This document shows positions 27,857 through 37,378 of a DNA stretch of 64,000 nucleotides, piece by piece (the first letter of the stretch is position 1; every line of letters begins with the position of its first letter). The notes under the pieces are model-generated. The model ran no database searches and was not told the origin of the DNA. It saw only the letters and a program-made list of their open reading frames with translations. This DNA is from Bacteroidales bacterium (GTDB taxonomy: Bacteria > Bacteroidota > Bacteroidia > Bacteroidales > Marinilabiliaceae): contig JBGUYH010000044.1 of the NCBI GenBank assembly GCA_045118595.1, forward strand, positions 36,834 through 100,833. Reading direction: 5' to 3'. The position numbers and the translations under genes are program-made.

Positions 27857-28024
27857 TGAAAGTTCACAACGGGAAGCCACCCGCAGTGTCACTAACAATA
27901 CTGATATTCGAGCAAACGTGTTCGGGCGCAATCTTAAAACATCGTGCCATGTATCGTTCTTTGGTTTTTTGTTAAGGAATTAATGGTCATCGCATATTAT
28001 TAGTGATGACCATTTTTCTTTTTT
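27857..28024 (+). ncRNA. candidate small non-coding RNA (about 170 nt, unclassified)
   Basis: Bounded by the promoter box at 27843 and a strong terminator at 27983-28024. No ORF of 60 aa or more lies inside. The only ATG ORF (40 codons from 27853) begins at or before the expected transcription start. Confidence 0.35.
27983..28024 (+). terminator. rho-independent terminator
   Basis: 11 bp stem ATGGTCATCGC / GTGATGACCAT (one G-U pair), 9 nt loop, then TTTTTCTTTTT. Confidence 0.75.
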
Positions 28025-28053
28025 CAGAACGATATATTTCAAGTAACTATACA

Positions 28054-28061
28054 TAATTTTG
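28054..28061 (+). promoter_or_regulatory. -7 promoter box TAATTTTG
   Basis: TAnnTTTG match 39 nt upstream of the ATG at 28100. Confidence 0.5.
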
Positions 28062-28099
28062 CCTCCCGTTATTAACAAATATCTTATCTCACATACAAA

Positions 28100-28873
28100 A
28101 TGAATCAGATCAGAATTATTACAATCGTTGCATGTGCATTATTATCAACCATTTGTACATACTCGCAAGGCTACTCTCGCATTCAAATTCATTGGGCTCC
28201 ACAATTGATAAAAGTTAAAGATGCGCCTATGTGTAGCTATTTCAATTTCGATGGTGGCACTAATAACTCCATCAATTTATTAGGTGTTAGCGTTGGCTAT
28301 ATAAAGGGCATAGAGATAAGTCATTCGCTTCCTCTCTTCCTCGAAGTTGGTAGCAACGTTACTCTCAATAGACGTAAGTTTAACACAACCTATTTAGAAG
28401 AGACAACCTTTATGTACACAAAGAACATTGTGGATGCCAAGTTTATATTTCTCAATGTAGCAGTACCTATTAATGTGGCTTATAAATATGTTGTTTCAGA
28501 ATCGTTCTCAGTGCAAGCTTTTGCTGGTGGTGTGTGCAAGTTTAATATCGTCGGCAAAGAGAAATACGATTCCGATATTTACACTCAAAAGAAGTATATT
28601 ACATTCGATTACGCTATACTAGATACTTCTAATTCTAATCAGCACACTCATATATCTGCTGAATTTGATGCTTTCGGAAGCGACTCTGAAAATACTATGT
28701 TTGATAAGAAAGCCAATCGTATTCAATTAGGTCTCAATATTGGTTGTGGCTTCAATATGGGGCCACTCTATTTAGGTTATGCTTATCAGCCAGATATTGT
28801 ACAATATGCCAAAATTGACAATTATAAAGTCAAAACACGCACTAATCTTATCACACTTGGCTACACATTCTAA
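28100..28873 (+). CDS. outer-membrane beta-barrel protein, paralog of 19037-19798
   Basis: 257 aa. Signal peptide ..CTYSQG. Blocks shared with the 19037 product: QGY.R.Q...APQ...VKDA.M, G.IKGIE.S...PLFLE.G.N.T, ANR.QLGLNIGCGFN and KVKTR.N.I..G..F. Confidence 0.6.
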   Translation: MNQIRIITIVACALLSTICTYSQGYSRIQIHWAPQLIKVKDAPMCSYFNFDGGTNNSINLLGVSVGYIKGIEISHSLPLFLEVGSNVTLNRRKFNTTYLEETTFMYTKNIVDAKFIFLNVAVPINVAYKYVVSESFSVQAFAGGVCKFNIVGKEKYDSDIYTQKKYITFDYAILDTSNSNQHTHISAEFDAFGSDSENTMFDKKANRIQLGLNIGCGFNMGPLYLGYAYQPDIVQYAKIDNYKVKTRTNLITLGYTF

Positions 28874-28920
28874 TACATAACACACATCAGCATCAAAAAA
28901 ATTATTCTATAACACAATAA

Positions 28921-28953
28921 AAACGGCGCACATCGTTATGATGTGCGCCGTTT
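28921..28953. terminator. bidirectional rho-independent terminator
   Basis: Perfect 14 bp stem AAACGGCGCACATC / GATGTGCGCCGTTT with a 5 nt loop. Lies between the convergent genes 28100-28873 and pflB. Confidence 0.8.
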
Positions 28954-28986
28954 ACTATTTATAAACTCTTATCCTAAACTAAAGAA

Positions 28987-31224
28987 TTAGAGTGAGTGGT
29001 TAATTGTGCGTGAAAGCACATCGAGCTGCTGCTCACGTGTGAGTTTCACGAAGTTCACTGCATAACCCGACACGCGGATGGTAAGTTGTGGATACTTCTC
29101 TGGGTGTTCCATTGCATCAACGAGCAATTCACGGTCAAACACGTTGACATTGAGGTGATGACCGCCATCTGGTGTAAAGTAACCGCTAAGCAAGTTAACA
29201 AGGTTGTTCACCTTAGTATCGTTGTCTTTTCCAAGTGTCGATGGTGATATAGCAAATGTGTATGAGATACCATCGTGAGCATGTTGGAATGGGAGTTTAG
29301 ATACTGATGCCAAAGCAGCAACAGCACCCTTTGTATCACGACCATTCATTGGGTTTGCACCTGGAGCAAATGGAACAAATGCAGGACGACCATCAGGGGT
29401 AGCACCAGTGCGCTTACCATAAACAACATTCGATGTAATGGTAAGTATCGACTGTGTAGGTGTCGAATTACGATAAGTAACATGCTGACGGAGGAACTCC
29501 ATAAACTTCTCAGTTATCATCATCGCAATGCGGTCGGTCTGATCATTGTTGTTGCCGTATGGTACATAGTCTCCTTCGCGTTCAAAACCAACAGCCAAGC
29601 CACGCTCATCGCGGATAATCTTAACCTTGCCAAATTTGATAGCAGCGAGTGAGTCGGTTACGATAGAGAGGCCTGCTATACCTGTTGCTTGAGTGCGCTC
29701 TACGTCGCCATCGTGCAATGCCATTTCGAATGCCTCGTAATCGTACTTATCATGCATGTAGTGGATTATCTTGAGGGCGTTGACGTAAACCTTAGCCAAC
29801 CAACGCATCATCTGCTCAAACTTATCCATCACCTCTTCATATTCGAGGTAATCGCCTTCGATAGGAGCATAAACTGGTGAAACTTGGTCGCCTGTTATCT
29901 CATCTCGACCACCATTGATAGCATAGAGCAAGCACTTTGCAAGGTTAGCACGTGCACCAAAGAACTGCATTTGCTTACCAATGCGCATTGGGCTTACGCA
30001 GCATGCAATGCCGTAGTCGTCGCCATATTCAACACGCATAAGATCATCATTCTCGTATTGAATTGCCGATGTCTCAATTGAAATTTTTGCGCAGTATTTC
30101 TTCCATGCCTCTGGCAGATTGTTGCTCCAAAGCACTGTGAGGTTTGGCTCAGGTGCTGGACCAAGATTCTGCAATGTGTGGAGGAAACGGAAACATGTTT
30201 TGGTAACAAGTGTACGACCATCGACACCCTGACCACCAAGACTCTCAGTTACCCATATTGGGTCGCCAGAGAAGAGGTCGTTGTATTCTGGTGTACGAAG
30301 AAAACGTACGATACGCAATTTGATGATGAGCTGGTCGATAAGTTCCTGAGCCTCAGCTTCGGTAAGTTTGCCATCTTTAATATCTTTCTCGATAAAAATA
30401 TCGAGGAATGTAGATACACGACCGAGTGACATAGCTGCACCATCTTGGTCTTTAACAGCACCAAGGTAGCCGAAGTATACGAACTGTACAGCTTCACGAG
30501 CGTCTTGTGCTGGACGTGTTACGTCGAAACCATACGATGCGCACATCTTAACAAAGTCTTTCAAAGCCTTAATCTGCTCTGATGTCTCTTCGCGCTGACG
30601 AATAACGTCTTCTGTCATCTCCTGAATGTCGAGACGATCGAGGAAACGCTTCTTCTCTTCGATAAGGTTATCGATACCATAAAGAGCTATACGACGATAG
30701 TCGCCAATGATACGACCACGACCATAAGCGTCGGGCAAACCTGTTATGATGTGTGAGTGACGTGCTGCACGTATGTCGGGAGTATAAGCAGAGAAGACAC
30801 CTTCGTTGTGTGTCTTACGGAACTTAGTGTAAATCTCTTTGGTTGCTGGGTCGAGCTTGTAACCATAAGCTTCAAGTGCGCTCTCAACCATACGAATACC
30901 ACCGCGAGGGAAGATGCCACGTTTGAGTGGGGCATCGGTTTGCAAACCTACAACAACTTCGTTTTTTTTGTCGATGTAGCCTGCGCCATACGAGGTAAGC
31001 GTTTGCGGAATTTTAGTTTCGGCATCGTACACGCCTTTCTCACGCTCAACTTTGAACATCTCGCTAAGTTGGTTCCAAAGTTTCTGGGTTTTCTCTGTTG
31101 GTCCAACAAGGAACGATTCATCGCCTTCATAGGGCGTGTAATTGTGCTGAATGAAGTCGCGCACATTGATTTCGCGCTTCCACATGTAGCCATCGAAATG
31201 CTCGATGAAATTAGACAGTTTCAT
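28987..31224 (-). CDS. pflB: formate C-acetyltransferase (pyruvate formate-lyase)
   Basis: 745 aa from [16 protein letters not shown]. Active-site CCVSP and the glycyl-radical motif [11 protein letters not shown]. The track start at 31290 is rejected because the -7 box at 31258-31265 lies inside that extension. Confidence 0.92.
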   Translation of the reverse strand: MKLSNFIEHFDGYMWKREINVRDFIQHNYTPYEGDESFLVGPTEKTQKLWNQLSEMFKVEREKGVYDAETKIPQTLTSYGAGYIDKKNEVVVGLQTDAPLKRGIFPRGGIRMVESALEAYGYKLDPATKEIYTKFRKTHNEGVFSAYTPDIRAARHSHIITGLPDAYGRGRIIGDYRRIALYGIDNLIEEKKRFLDRLDIQEMTEDVIRQREETSEQIKALKDFVKMCASYGFDVTRPAQDAREAVQFVYFGYLGAVKDQDGAAMSLGRVSTFLDIFIEKDIKDGKLTEAEAQELIDQLIIKLRIVRFLRTPEYNDLFSGDPIWVTESLGGQGVDGRTLVTKTCFRFLHTLQNLGPAPEPNLTVLWSNNLPEAWKKYCAKISIETSAIQYENDDLMRVEYGDDYGIACCVSPMRIGKQMQFFGARANLAKCLLYAINGGRDEITGDQVSPVYAPIEGDYLEYEEVMDKFEQMMRWLAKVYVNALKIIHYMHDKYDYEAFEMALHDGDVERTQATGIAGLSIVTDSLAAIKFGKVKIIRDERGLAVGFEREGDYVPYGNNNDQTDRIAMMITEKFMEFLRQHVTYRNSTPTQSILTITSNVVYGKRTGATPDGRPAFVPFAPGANPMNGRDTKGAVAALASVSKLPFQHAHDGISYTFAISPSTLGKDNDTKVNNLVNLLSGYFTPDGGHHLNVNVFDRELLVDAMEHPEKYPQLTIRVSGYAVNFVKLTREQQLDVLSRTINHSL

Positions 31225-31257
31225 TTCTATTTGGTGTTTTCTATGTTTTTCTGGGCA

Positions 31258-31265
31258 CAAAGATA
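31258..31265 (-). promoter_or_regulatory. -7 promoter box TATCTTTG for pflB
   Basis: Perfect consensus on the minus strand, 34 nt upstream of the ATG at 31224. Confidence 0.55.
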
Positions 31266-31643
31266 TGAAATGCCGAGTGTTTAGTTTCATTCTGAATAAT
31301 AATGTATGTTGCTTATATATAAATTTATTTAACGGATAAAAACCAATGAAGAATGATGTATTATTCGTTACAAATTATCTTTAAAATGATACTATTTATA
31401 ACAAATAGAAATGTGTGGTTGAAAATACACCTTCTCTTGGTTTGTAACAACAAGTGCATTGTTCATACAAGATGTAGCTAACATATCATGGGGAAAAACA
31501 ACGATGATATGCACAGTAGATTTTTATTTATCATATTAATGTTGAATGATTTAGTACGCCGCAAAAATAGAAAAATATAATTCATATCTGCTGCAAACAT
31601 ACCCCAACATCTGCATATAAAAATAGTTTAGCACAACTTTTCA

Positions 31644-31651
31644 TATCTTTG
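31644..31651 (+). promoter_or_regulatory. -7 promoter box TATCTTTG for mscL
   Basis: Perfect consensus 50 nt upstream of the ATG at 31701. Confidence 0.55.
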
Positions 31652-31700
31652 TCATTGTTTTATATTAAAACATTGTAATAACCTAAAAAACATAATAAAA

Positions 31701-32132
31701 ATGGGATTCCTAAAAGAGTTTAAAGATTTCGCCATGCGTGGCAACGTTGTCGACATGGCAGTTGGCGTTGTGATTGGCGCTGCATTTGGCAAAATTGTTT
31801 CATCACTTGTTTCTGACATAATAATGCCTCCCATTGGTTTACTCATTGGTGGTGTCAACTTTACCGATCTTAAAATTACTTTGAAAGAGGCTACCGATGG
31901 AGTTGAAGCTGTCACACTCAACTATGGCAATTTTGTGCAAGTGGTTATCGATTTCATTATCATTGCATTTGCTATCTTCCTCGTGGTTAAACTCATCAAC
32001 ACTTTGAGCAATTTACGAAAGAAAGAGGAGGCTGACGCTGCCACTGCCGCTGCTAATGTAACTCCTGAACCATCAGCCGAAGAGAAGTTGCTTGCCGAAA
32101 TTCGCGATATACTTGCAGAACAAAAGAAATAG
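31701..32132 (+). CDS. mscL: large-conductance mechanosensitive channel
   Basis: 143 aa. [33 protein letters not shown] and a second TM helix. Confidence 0.9.
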   Translation: MGFLKEFKDFAMRGNVVDMAVGVVIGAAFGKIVSSLVSDIIMPPIGLLIGGVNFTDLKITLKEATDGVEAVTLNYGNFVQVVIDFIIIAFAIFLVVKLINTLSNLRKKEEADAATAAANVTPEPSAEEKLLAEIRDILAEQKK

Positions 32133-32157
32133 CAATTAACGATTCTTTAATTATATA

Positions 32158-32198
32158 CACGAGAAACACATCTTTCTAATGTGTTTCTCGTGCTTTTT
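32158..32198 (+). terminator. rho-independent terminator
   Basis: 14 bp stem CACGAGAAACACAT / ATGTGTTTCTCGTG, then CTTTTTATTTTT. Confidence 0.8.
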
Positions 32199-32256
32199 AT
32201 TTTTATCCTTCTCCTCTACTTAGCTTGCTTGTTTTTATCAATTCTTATTTTTCAAC

Positions 32257-32264
32257 TACTTTTG
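32257..32264 (+). promoter_or_regulatory. -7 promoter box TACTTTTG for the MATE gene
   Basis: TAnnTTTG match 21 nt upstream of the ATG at 32285. It lies inside the track's N-terminal extension (32225). Confidence 0.45.
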
Positions 32265-32284
32265 CTGCGCATTTTTATAAATAT

Positions 32285-33727
32285 ATGATAAACAGACTTC
32301 GCAAAATGATAAGCTCCACCGAAAGTTTGATGGAACTCATACGCGGTGGTCAGCCCATGACACGTCGTCAGAAGATGTCGTTGGCAGCGTGGCTCAGTTT
32401 GCCTTCAATGTTGGCACAACTATCGACCATAGTGATGGAATACATTGATGCAGCAATGGTGGGTAGCTTAGGAGCCGAAGCCTCGGCTGCCATTGGTTTA
32501 GTATCAACAACAATATGGCTACTCGGTGGTTTGTGCACAGCCTGTTCTACTGGATTCTATGTACAAGTAGCTCACTGCATTGGCGCAAAAGATTTTGAAG
32601 GCGCTCGTAATGTACTCAGACAATCGGTTGTAGCAGCATTAGTTGTTGGACTAACACTAATGACAATAGGTGTAAGCATAAGTGGCATGTTGCCTAAATG
32701 GCTGGGCGGTGGTGCAGACATACAACACGATGCCTCGCTCTACTTTCTCATCGTTAGCTTATCGATGCCTGTGCTACAACTCAATTCGTTATCTGGCGGA
32801 ATGTTACGCAGTAGTGGCAACATGCACGTACCAAGTATGCTCAATGTGCTTATGTGTTCGCTCGATGTCATCTTCAATCTACTACTCATCTTCCCCACTC
32901 GCAACATTTCGATATGCGGCATTAGCATTGTTGTTCCTGGTGCTAATTTAGGCGTTATTGGTGCTGCATTAGGCACACTCATAGCTATGCTCATTAGTGC
33001 TTCGCTGATGATGTGGTTTTTACTATGCAAATCGAAAATACTCAACATAACATCATCAACAGGAAATTATCGCCCCACCTCTAAAATAATATCTAAAGCT
33101 CTAACAATAGGATTACCAATGGGTGTGGAGCATACCATATTTTGCTGTGCACAAATTGTTGCTACCATCATTGTTGCACCATTAGGCACAGCTGCCATTG
33201 CAGCCAACGCTTTTGGCATCATTGTAGAGAGTTTGTGTTATATGCCTGGCTACGGCATTGGTGAGTCGGCAACAACACTTGTGGGACAAAGTTTAGGAGC
33301 CGGACGTATACCACTAGCTCGTAGTTTTGCTCGCATTACCGTAGGTATGGGTATGAGCATAATGACCTTTATGGGTGTTGTGATGTACATAACAGCCCCT
33401 TGGGTAATGCAACTTATGACACCAGATGCCGAAGTGCAAAGTCTAACCATCGATGCACTGCGCATTGAAGCTTTTGCCGAACCTATGTTTGCTGCTTCTA
33501 TTGTGGCATACGGCGTTTTTGTGGGCGCTGGCGATACTCTCGTGCCTTGCATAATGAACCTATTTAGCATATGGGCTGTGCGCATCACCTTATCTGCACT
33601 ACTGGTAATTTCTATGGGATTACATGGAGTGTGGCTCGCAATGTGCATCGAACTATGCTTCCGTGGTACAATTTTCCTCATCAGACTAAGTAGCAGCAAG
33701 TGGAGCAAACTGAAGACAGGGAAATGA
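32285..33727 (+). CDS. MATE family efflux transporter
   Basis: About 480 aa with 12 predicted helices. The N-terminus ..LSLPSMLAQLSTIVMEYIDAAMVGSLG is typical of the MatE repeat. Confidence 0.8.
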   Translation: MINRLRKMISSTESLMELIRGGQPMTRRQKMSLAAWLSLPSMLAQLSTIVMEYIDAAMVGSLGAEASAAIGLVSTTIWLLGGLCTACSTGFYVQVAHCIGAKDFEGARNVLRQSVVAALVVGLTLMTIGVSISGMLPKWLGGGADIQHDASLYFLIVSLSMPVLQLNSLSGGMLRSSGNMHVPSMLNVLMCSLDVIFNLLLIFPTRNISICGISIVVPGANLGVIGAALGTLIAMLISASLMMWFLLCKSKILNITSSTGNYRPTSKIISKALTIGLPMGVEHTIFCCAQIVATIIVAPLGTAAIAANAFGIIVESLCYMPGYGIGESATTLVGQSLGAGRIPLARSFARITVGMGMSIMTFMGVVMYITAPWVMQLMTPDAEVQSLTIDALRIEAFAEPMFAASIVAYGVFVGAGDTLVPCIMNLFSIWAVRITLSALLVISMGLHGVWLAMCIELCFRGTIFLIRLSSSKWSKLKTGK

Positions 33728-33846
33728 TAGAAAGAGTGCTTTGGGTGGCTTATAACCATATAATGGCATTTCTCTCCCCAAAACATATACCTCATTTTTT
33801 AATAAAAACACCGATATTTGCAGCAATCAACAAATAACACAACAAT

Positions 33847-34692
33847 ATGGAACTTATTAAGGACAAAGAGTTTGGTGGTGAACGACCACTCTTTGCAACA
33901 CACGACCTACGCCTCGAAAACATCGTCATCACCGATGGCGAGAGTGGCATAAAACAATGTCAAAACATAGAAGCCGATAATTGTAGATTCTACGGCAAAT
34001 ACCCATGGTGGCATGTTGATGGAGCACGCATAAGCAACTGCTTCTTCGATGCTGGTTCTCGTTCGGCCATATGGTATACCAACAACCTCGTAATGCACGA
34101 TTGCCGCATAGAAGGACCTAAGTTCTTCCGCGAGATGCACAATGTTGAGCTCGAAAATGTAAAAATTACTGATGCCGACGAGACATTTTGGAAAGTCGAT
34201 GGACTAAAACTACGTAACGTTACACTCAACGGTGGTACTTATCCTTTTATGTTTTCAAAAAACATATTCATCGACGGACTTATAACCGATTCGAAATATG
34301 TGTTTCAGTATTGCCAAAACGTTGAAATCCACAACGCTCATATCACAACCAAAGACTCGTTTTGGGAATGCGAAAATGTAACCATCTACGACTCTGTTCT
34401 CGATGGCGAATATTTGGCTTGGCACTCAAAAAATGTGCGTCTTGTCAACTGCACTTTGTCGGGCGAGCAACTTCTATGCTACTGCGACAACCTCGTGCTC
34501 GAAAACTGTACTTTTGATGCTGCATGCGATCGCGTCTTTGAGTACTCAACAGTAAATGCCCAAATAAAAGGACACATCGAAAATATCAAAAACCCAACAT
34601 CCGGACACATCGTTGCTGATAGTATTGGCAGCATAACTATCGACAAGAATGTTCGACAACCAAACAATTGCATCATCGAAACACGAAAATAG
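33847..34692 (+). CDS. DUF3737 family protein (right-handed beta-helix repeats)
   Basis: 281 aa. FGGERPLFATHDLRLENIVITDGESGIKQCQNI and repeated N(V/C).I.N/D units. The family name is from memory. Confidence 0.6.
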   Translation: MELIKDKEFGGERPLFATHDLRLENIVITDGESGIKQCQNIEADNCRFYGKYPWWHVDGARISNCFFDAGSRSAIWYTNNLVMHDCRIEGPKFFREMHNVELENVKITDADETFWKVDGLKLRNVTLNGGTYPFMFSKNIFIDGLITDSKYVFQYCQNVEIHNAHITTKDSFWECENVTIYDSVLDGEYLAWHSKNVRLVNCTLSGEQLLCYCDNLVLENCTFDAACDRVFEYSTVNAQIKGHIENIKNPTSGHIVADSIGSITIDKNVRQPNNCIIETRK

Positions 34693-34702
34693 AAACTATA
34701 CC

Positions 34703-35863
34703 ATGCCATTCAACTTCGACCAAATAATCAGCCGCCGCCATACCAACTCATACAAATGGGATTCTGCTGCAAACGACGATATTATACCTTTGTGGGTTGC
34801 CGACATGGATTTTTCTACAGCACCATGTGTGCGTAAGGCCATCGAACAACGTGCTGCTCATGGCGTGTTCGGATACACACACGTACCTCGCACCTATTAC
34901 GATGCTATAACAAGCTGGTTTGGTCGGAGACATGGATGGAATGTAAGTAGCGACTCAATAATATACACCACTGGCGTTGTACCTGCCATTTCGGCCATAG
35001 TGAAGGCTGTCACAATGCCAGGCGACAAAGTGCTTGTGCTAACACCCGTATACAACTGCTTTTTTTCATCGATAAAAAACAATGGGTGCATGGTTGAAGA
35101 GAGCGAACTACAACTACATGGCAACCGATACGAAATAGACTTTGCTGATTTTGAACGTCGTGCTGCCGACCCTCGTGTAACAACTTTCTTACTATGCAAC
35201 CCACACAATCCCGCCTGTCGGGTATGGACTCGCAACGAGTTACTACAGATAGCCGAGATATGTAAACGTCACAATGTGTTTGTTATCTCCGATGAGATAC
35301 ACTGCGAACTCGTATTCGAACCTCATCGGTACACACCATTTGGATCTTTAGGCTGTCAGTATGCTGACAATGCAGCCATCTGTACATCACCAAGCAAAGC
35401 ATTCAACATAGCAGGATTGCAAATAGCCAACATTAGCGCTACCAATGCCGAAGTACGCCGCCGCATCGACCGTGCAATCAACATCAACGAAGTGTGCGAT
35501 GTTAATCCATTCGGAGTCGAAGCCCTTATGGCTGCATACACCACAGAGGGTGAAGATTGGCTTAAAGCATTGCTTCAATACATTCATGATAATTATCTGT
35601 TTGCCACCAATTTTATAAAAATCAACTTACCTCATCTTAATACTATCGACCTCGAAGGTACATACTTGCTTTGGGTCGACTGCCGAGCATGGGGTTTATC
35701 ATCTGACACATTAGAACATCGTTTGCTTAACGAAGCACACGTATGGCTCAATTCAGGCACAATGTATGGCACATCGGGCGAGGGCTTTATGCGCATCAAC
35801 TTAGCTTGTCCGCGCACCACACTCGCCGAAGGACTACAGCGAATAAAAGATTGGCAAAAATAA
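34703..35863 (+). CDS. PLP-dependent C-S lyase (MalY/PatB-type cystathionine beta-lyase, aminotransferase class I/II)
   Basis: 386 aa from MPFNFDQIISRRHTNSYKWD. PLP lysine context TSPSKAFNIAGL and LACPR near the C-terminus. Confidence 0.8.
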   Translation: MPFNFDQIISRRHTNSYKWDSAANDDIIPLWVADMDFSTAPCVRKAIEQRAAHGVFGYTHVPRTYYDAITSWFGRRHGWNVSSDSIIYTTGVVPAISAIVKAVTMPGDKVLVLTPVYNCFFSSIKNNGCMVEESELQLHGNRYEIDFADFERRAADPRVTTFLLCNPHNPACRVWTRNELLQIAEICKRHNVFVISDEIHCELVFEPHRYTPFGSLGCQYADNAAICTSPSKAFNIAGLQIANISATNAEVRRRIDRAININEVCDVNPFGVEALMAAYTTEGEDWLKALLQYIHDNYLFATNFIKINLPHLNTIDLEGTYLLWVDCRAWGLSSDTLEHRLLNEAHVWLNSGTMYGTSGEGFMRINLACPRTTLAEGLQRIKDWQK

Positions 35864-35895
35864 CAGACTCGTTGCACCACCCTCTTTGTGTTAAT

Positions 35896-35912
35896 ACAGA
35901 CATATTGTCTGT
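35896..35912 (+). terminator. short hairpin after the C-S lyase gene (weak terminator candidate)
   Basis: ACAGACA TAT TGTCTGT followed by TGTCATTTT, 33 nt after the stop. Confidence 0.3.
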
Positions 35913-36060
35913 TGTCATTTTGTCAAATATTATGTCAATATGACACAATTCATTCTTTGGCACACACTTTGCCTAATCAGTGAGCGTCGTCGATGTTAAA
36001 GCATCGATGAAGATAATTTGAGATAAAAAGAATAAAAACAGATAATTGGAGGTATTAATT

Positions 36061-36486
36061 ATGTTACCAGTAATGTTTAAAAACAGTTGGTTTCCTACAG
36101 TGTTCGACGATTTTATGAACACAGATTTTATGCCTCGCGCCAATGCTACAGCGCCAGCAGTTAATGTGAGAGAGGATGAAAAAGCCTATACCATGGAAGT
36201 GGCTGCGCCAGGCATCAAAAAAGAGTTTTGCCGCATAGGCATCAACGAAGATGGCAATCTTAATGTTGCCATTGAGAATAAACTCGAGCACAAAGAGGAG
36301 GATAAGAAACACCACTACTTGCGCCGTGAATTCTCATATTCCAACTATGAACAAAGCTACTCTCTGCCTGAGGATGTCGACCGCGACAACATTTCGGCTA
36401 AAGTAGAAAATGGTATCTTGACTGTCGTTCTACCTCGAACCAAAAAGGAAGAAAAGAAACAGACACGCACCATTTCAATAGCATAA
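36061..36486 (+). CDS. Hsp20/alpha-crystallin small heat-shock protein
   Basis: 141 aa from MLPVMFKN. Alpha-crystallin domain AVNVREDEKAYTMEVAAPG...A.ENGILTVVLP. GGAGG lies 9 nt upstream of the ATG. Confidence 0.85.
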   Translation: MLPVMFKNSWFPTVFDDFMNTDFMPRANATAPAVNVREDEKAYTMEVAAPGIKKEFCRIGINEDGNLNVAIENKLEHKEEDKKHHYLRREFSYSNYEQSYSLPEDVDRDNISAKVENGILTVVLPRTKKEEKKQTRTISIA

Positions 36487-36518
36487 AAACTGTTAGAACA
36501 CAATAACGAAACCAACGA

Positions 36519-36558
36519 ACAGAGCTGCAACCATAAGGTTGTGGCTCTGTTTTGTTTT
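36519..36558 (+). terminator. rho-independent terminator
   Basis: 14 bp stem ACAGAGCTGCAACC / GGTTGTGGCTCTGT (two G-U pairs), then TTTGTTTT. Confidence 0.75.
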
Positions 36559-36762
36559 ATAATTGAGAATGATAAATCATTATTGTAATACCAACTATCA
36601 ATGATTATCGTTTAGCGCATCCGATTCCCAACGGGTGACATGATGAATTGGTATTTAATTGATAATCATGCGAATGTAGTAGAATTTTATTTACACATTT
36701 GTAGATTACCACTCACAAAAAAACAACAATTTAACGAGTTTCATAAATAGGAAGACGAAGCA

Positions 36763-37377
36763 TTACTGATGCGAGAGACTTTCATTTTTTATCTTCATTG
36801 TTGCGTGTATTAATTCTGCAATAAGTTCAGAACTGCCTGATATTGGAAATATTATCTGCGCTTGGCGACCATTGTCCTTTGCAACAATTATATATGGGGT
36901 TGCCAATCTGTCGGCTTTCATATCAATACTATTACAACCAAAAATCTCTTCATCGGGCAAACCGTAAGTATCTTTTACGTTTTTGAAGCCTCGACGCGAC
37001 ACGTCGTTGGTTAAGCATATTGTGCGTACACCATCAAGGCTTCGGGTATGCATAATAGTGTTTACGTTATGCGTGGGGCAACATTCCTTGGGTATTCGGC
37101 AAATAACTATCACCGAGTCCTCACTGCCAAATAAATCTTCGAGCAACATCTCTTCTCTATGACTATTGCTTATACTCAACTTGGATAAATCGACATTGTT
37201 GGTCATCATGTTATAAAACATGTTTTGCTTTAGGGTATTAATGTCTCTTTGGTAGGTTTTGCACAATTGGCATTCCCCGTCTGTATGCTTCGCAGTAAAG
37301 TATAGATACAATGTTATTGCATTACAAATCAGCAAAATAACTATTATAGCACGACTTAGCTTTGTTTGTATCATCAT
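36763..37377 (-). CDS. membrane-anchored Cys-rich hypothetical protein (CQLC motif after the TM, possible thioredoxin-like fold)
   Basis: 204 aa. TM AIIVILLICNAITLYLYF, then GECQLCK, and later VIVICRIPKECCPTH. Lies 1 nt downstream of the beta-propeller gene. Confidence 0.45.
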   Translation of the reverse strand: MMIQTKLSRAIIVILLICNAITLYLYFTAKHTDGECQLCKTYQRDINTLKQNMFYNMMTNNVDLSKLSISNSHREEMLLEDLFGSEDSVIVICRIPKECCPTHNVNTIMHTRSLDGVRTICLTNDVSRRGFKNVKDTYGLPDEEIFGCNSIDMKADRLATPYIIVAKDNGRQAQIIFPISGSSELIAELIHATMKIKNESLSHQ

Positions 37378-37378
37378 T

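Noticed and set aside
27857-27960. Possibility that the candidate RNA is SRP (4.5S) RNA because of GGGAAGCCACC
   Set aside because: The conserved GGAAGCAGCC domain IV motif and the long closing helix are not present.
27853-27975. 40-codon ATG ORF inside the sRNA candidate
   Set aside because: The ATG lies 3 nt after the -7 box, upstream of or at the expected transcription start. I cannot assess conservation, so I treat the unit as non-coding for now.
31225-31290. N-terminal extensions of track ORFs (pflB 31290, MATE 32225, VanZ 55474, dinB 42347, dtd 22388, queD 8851, C-S lyase 34649, GH16 48497)
   Set aside because: For pflB, MATE, VanZ and queD, a promoter box or terminator lies inside the extension. 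For dinB, dtd, the C-S lyase and GH16, the family-typical N-terminus or lipoprotein signal starts at an internal Met.
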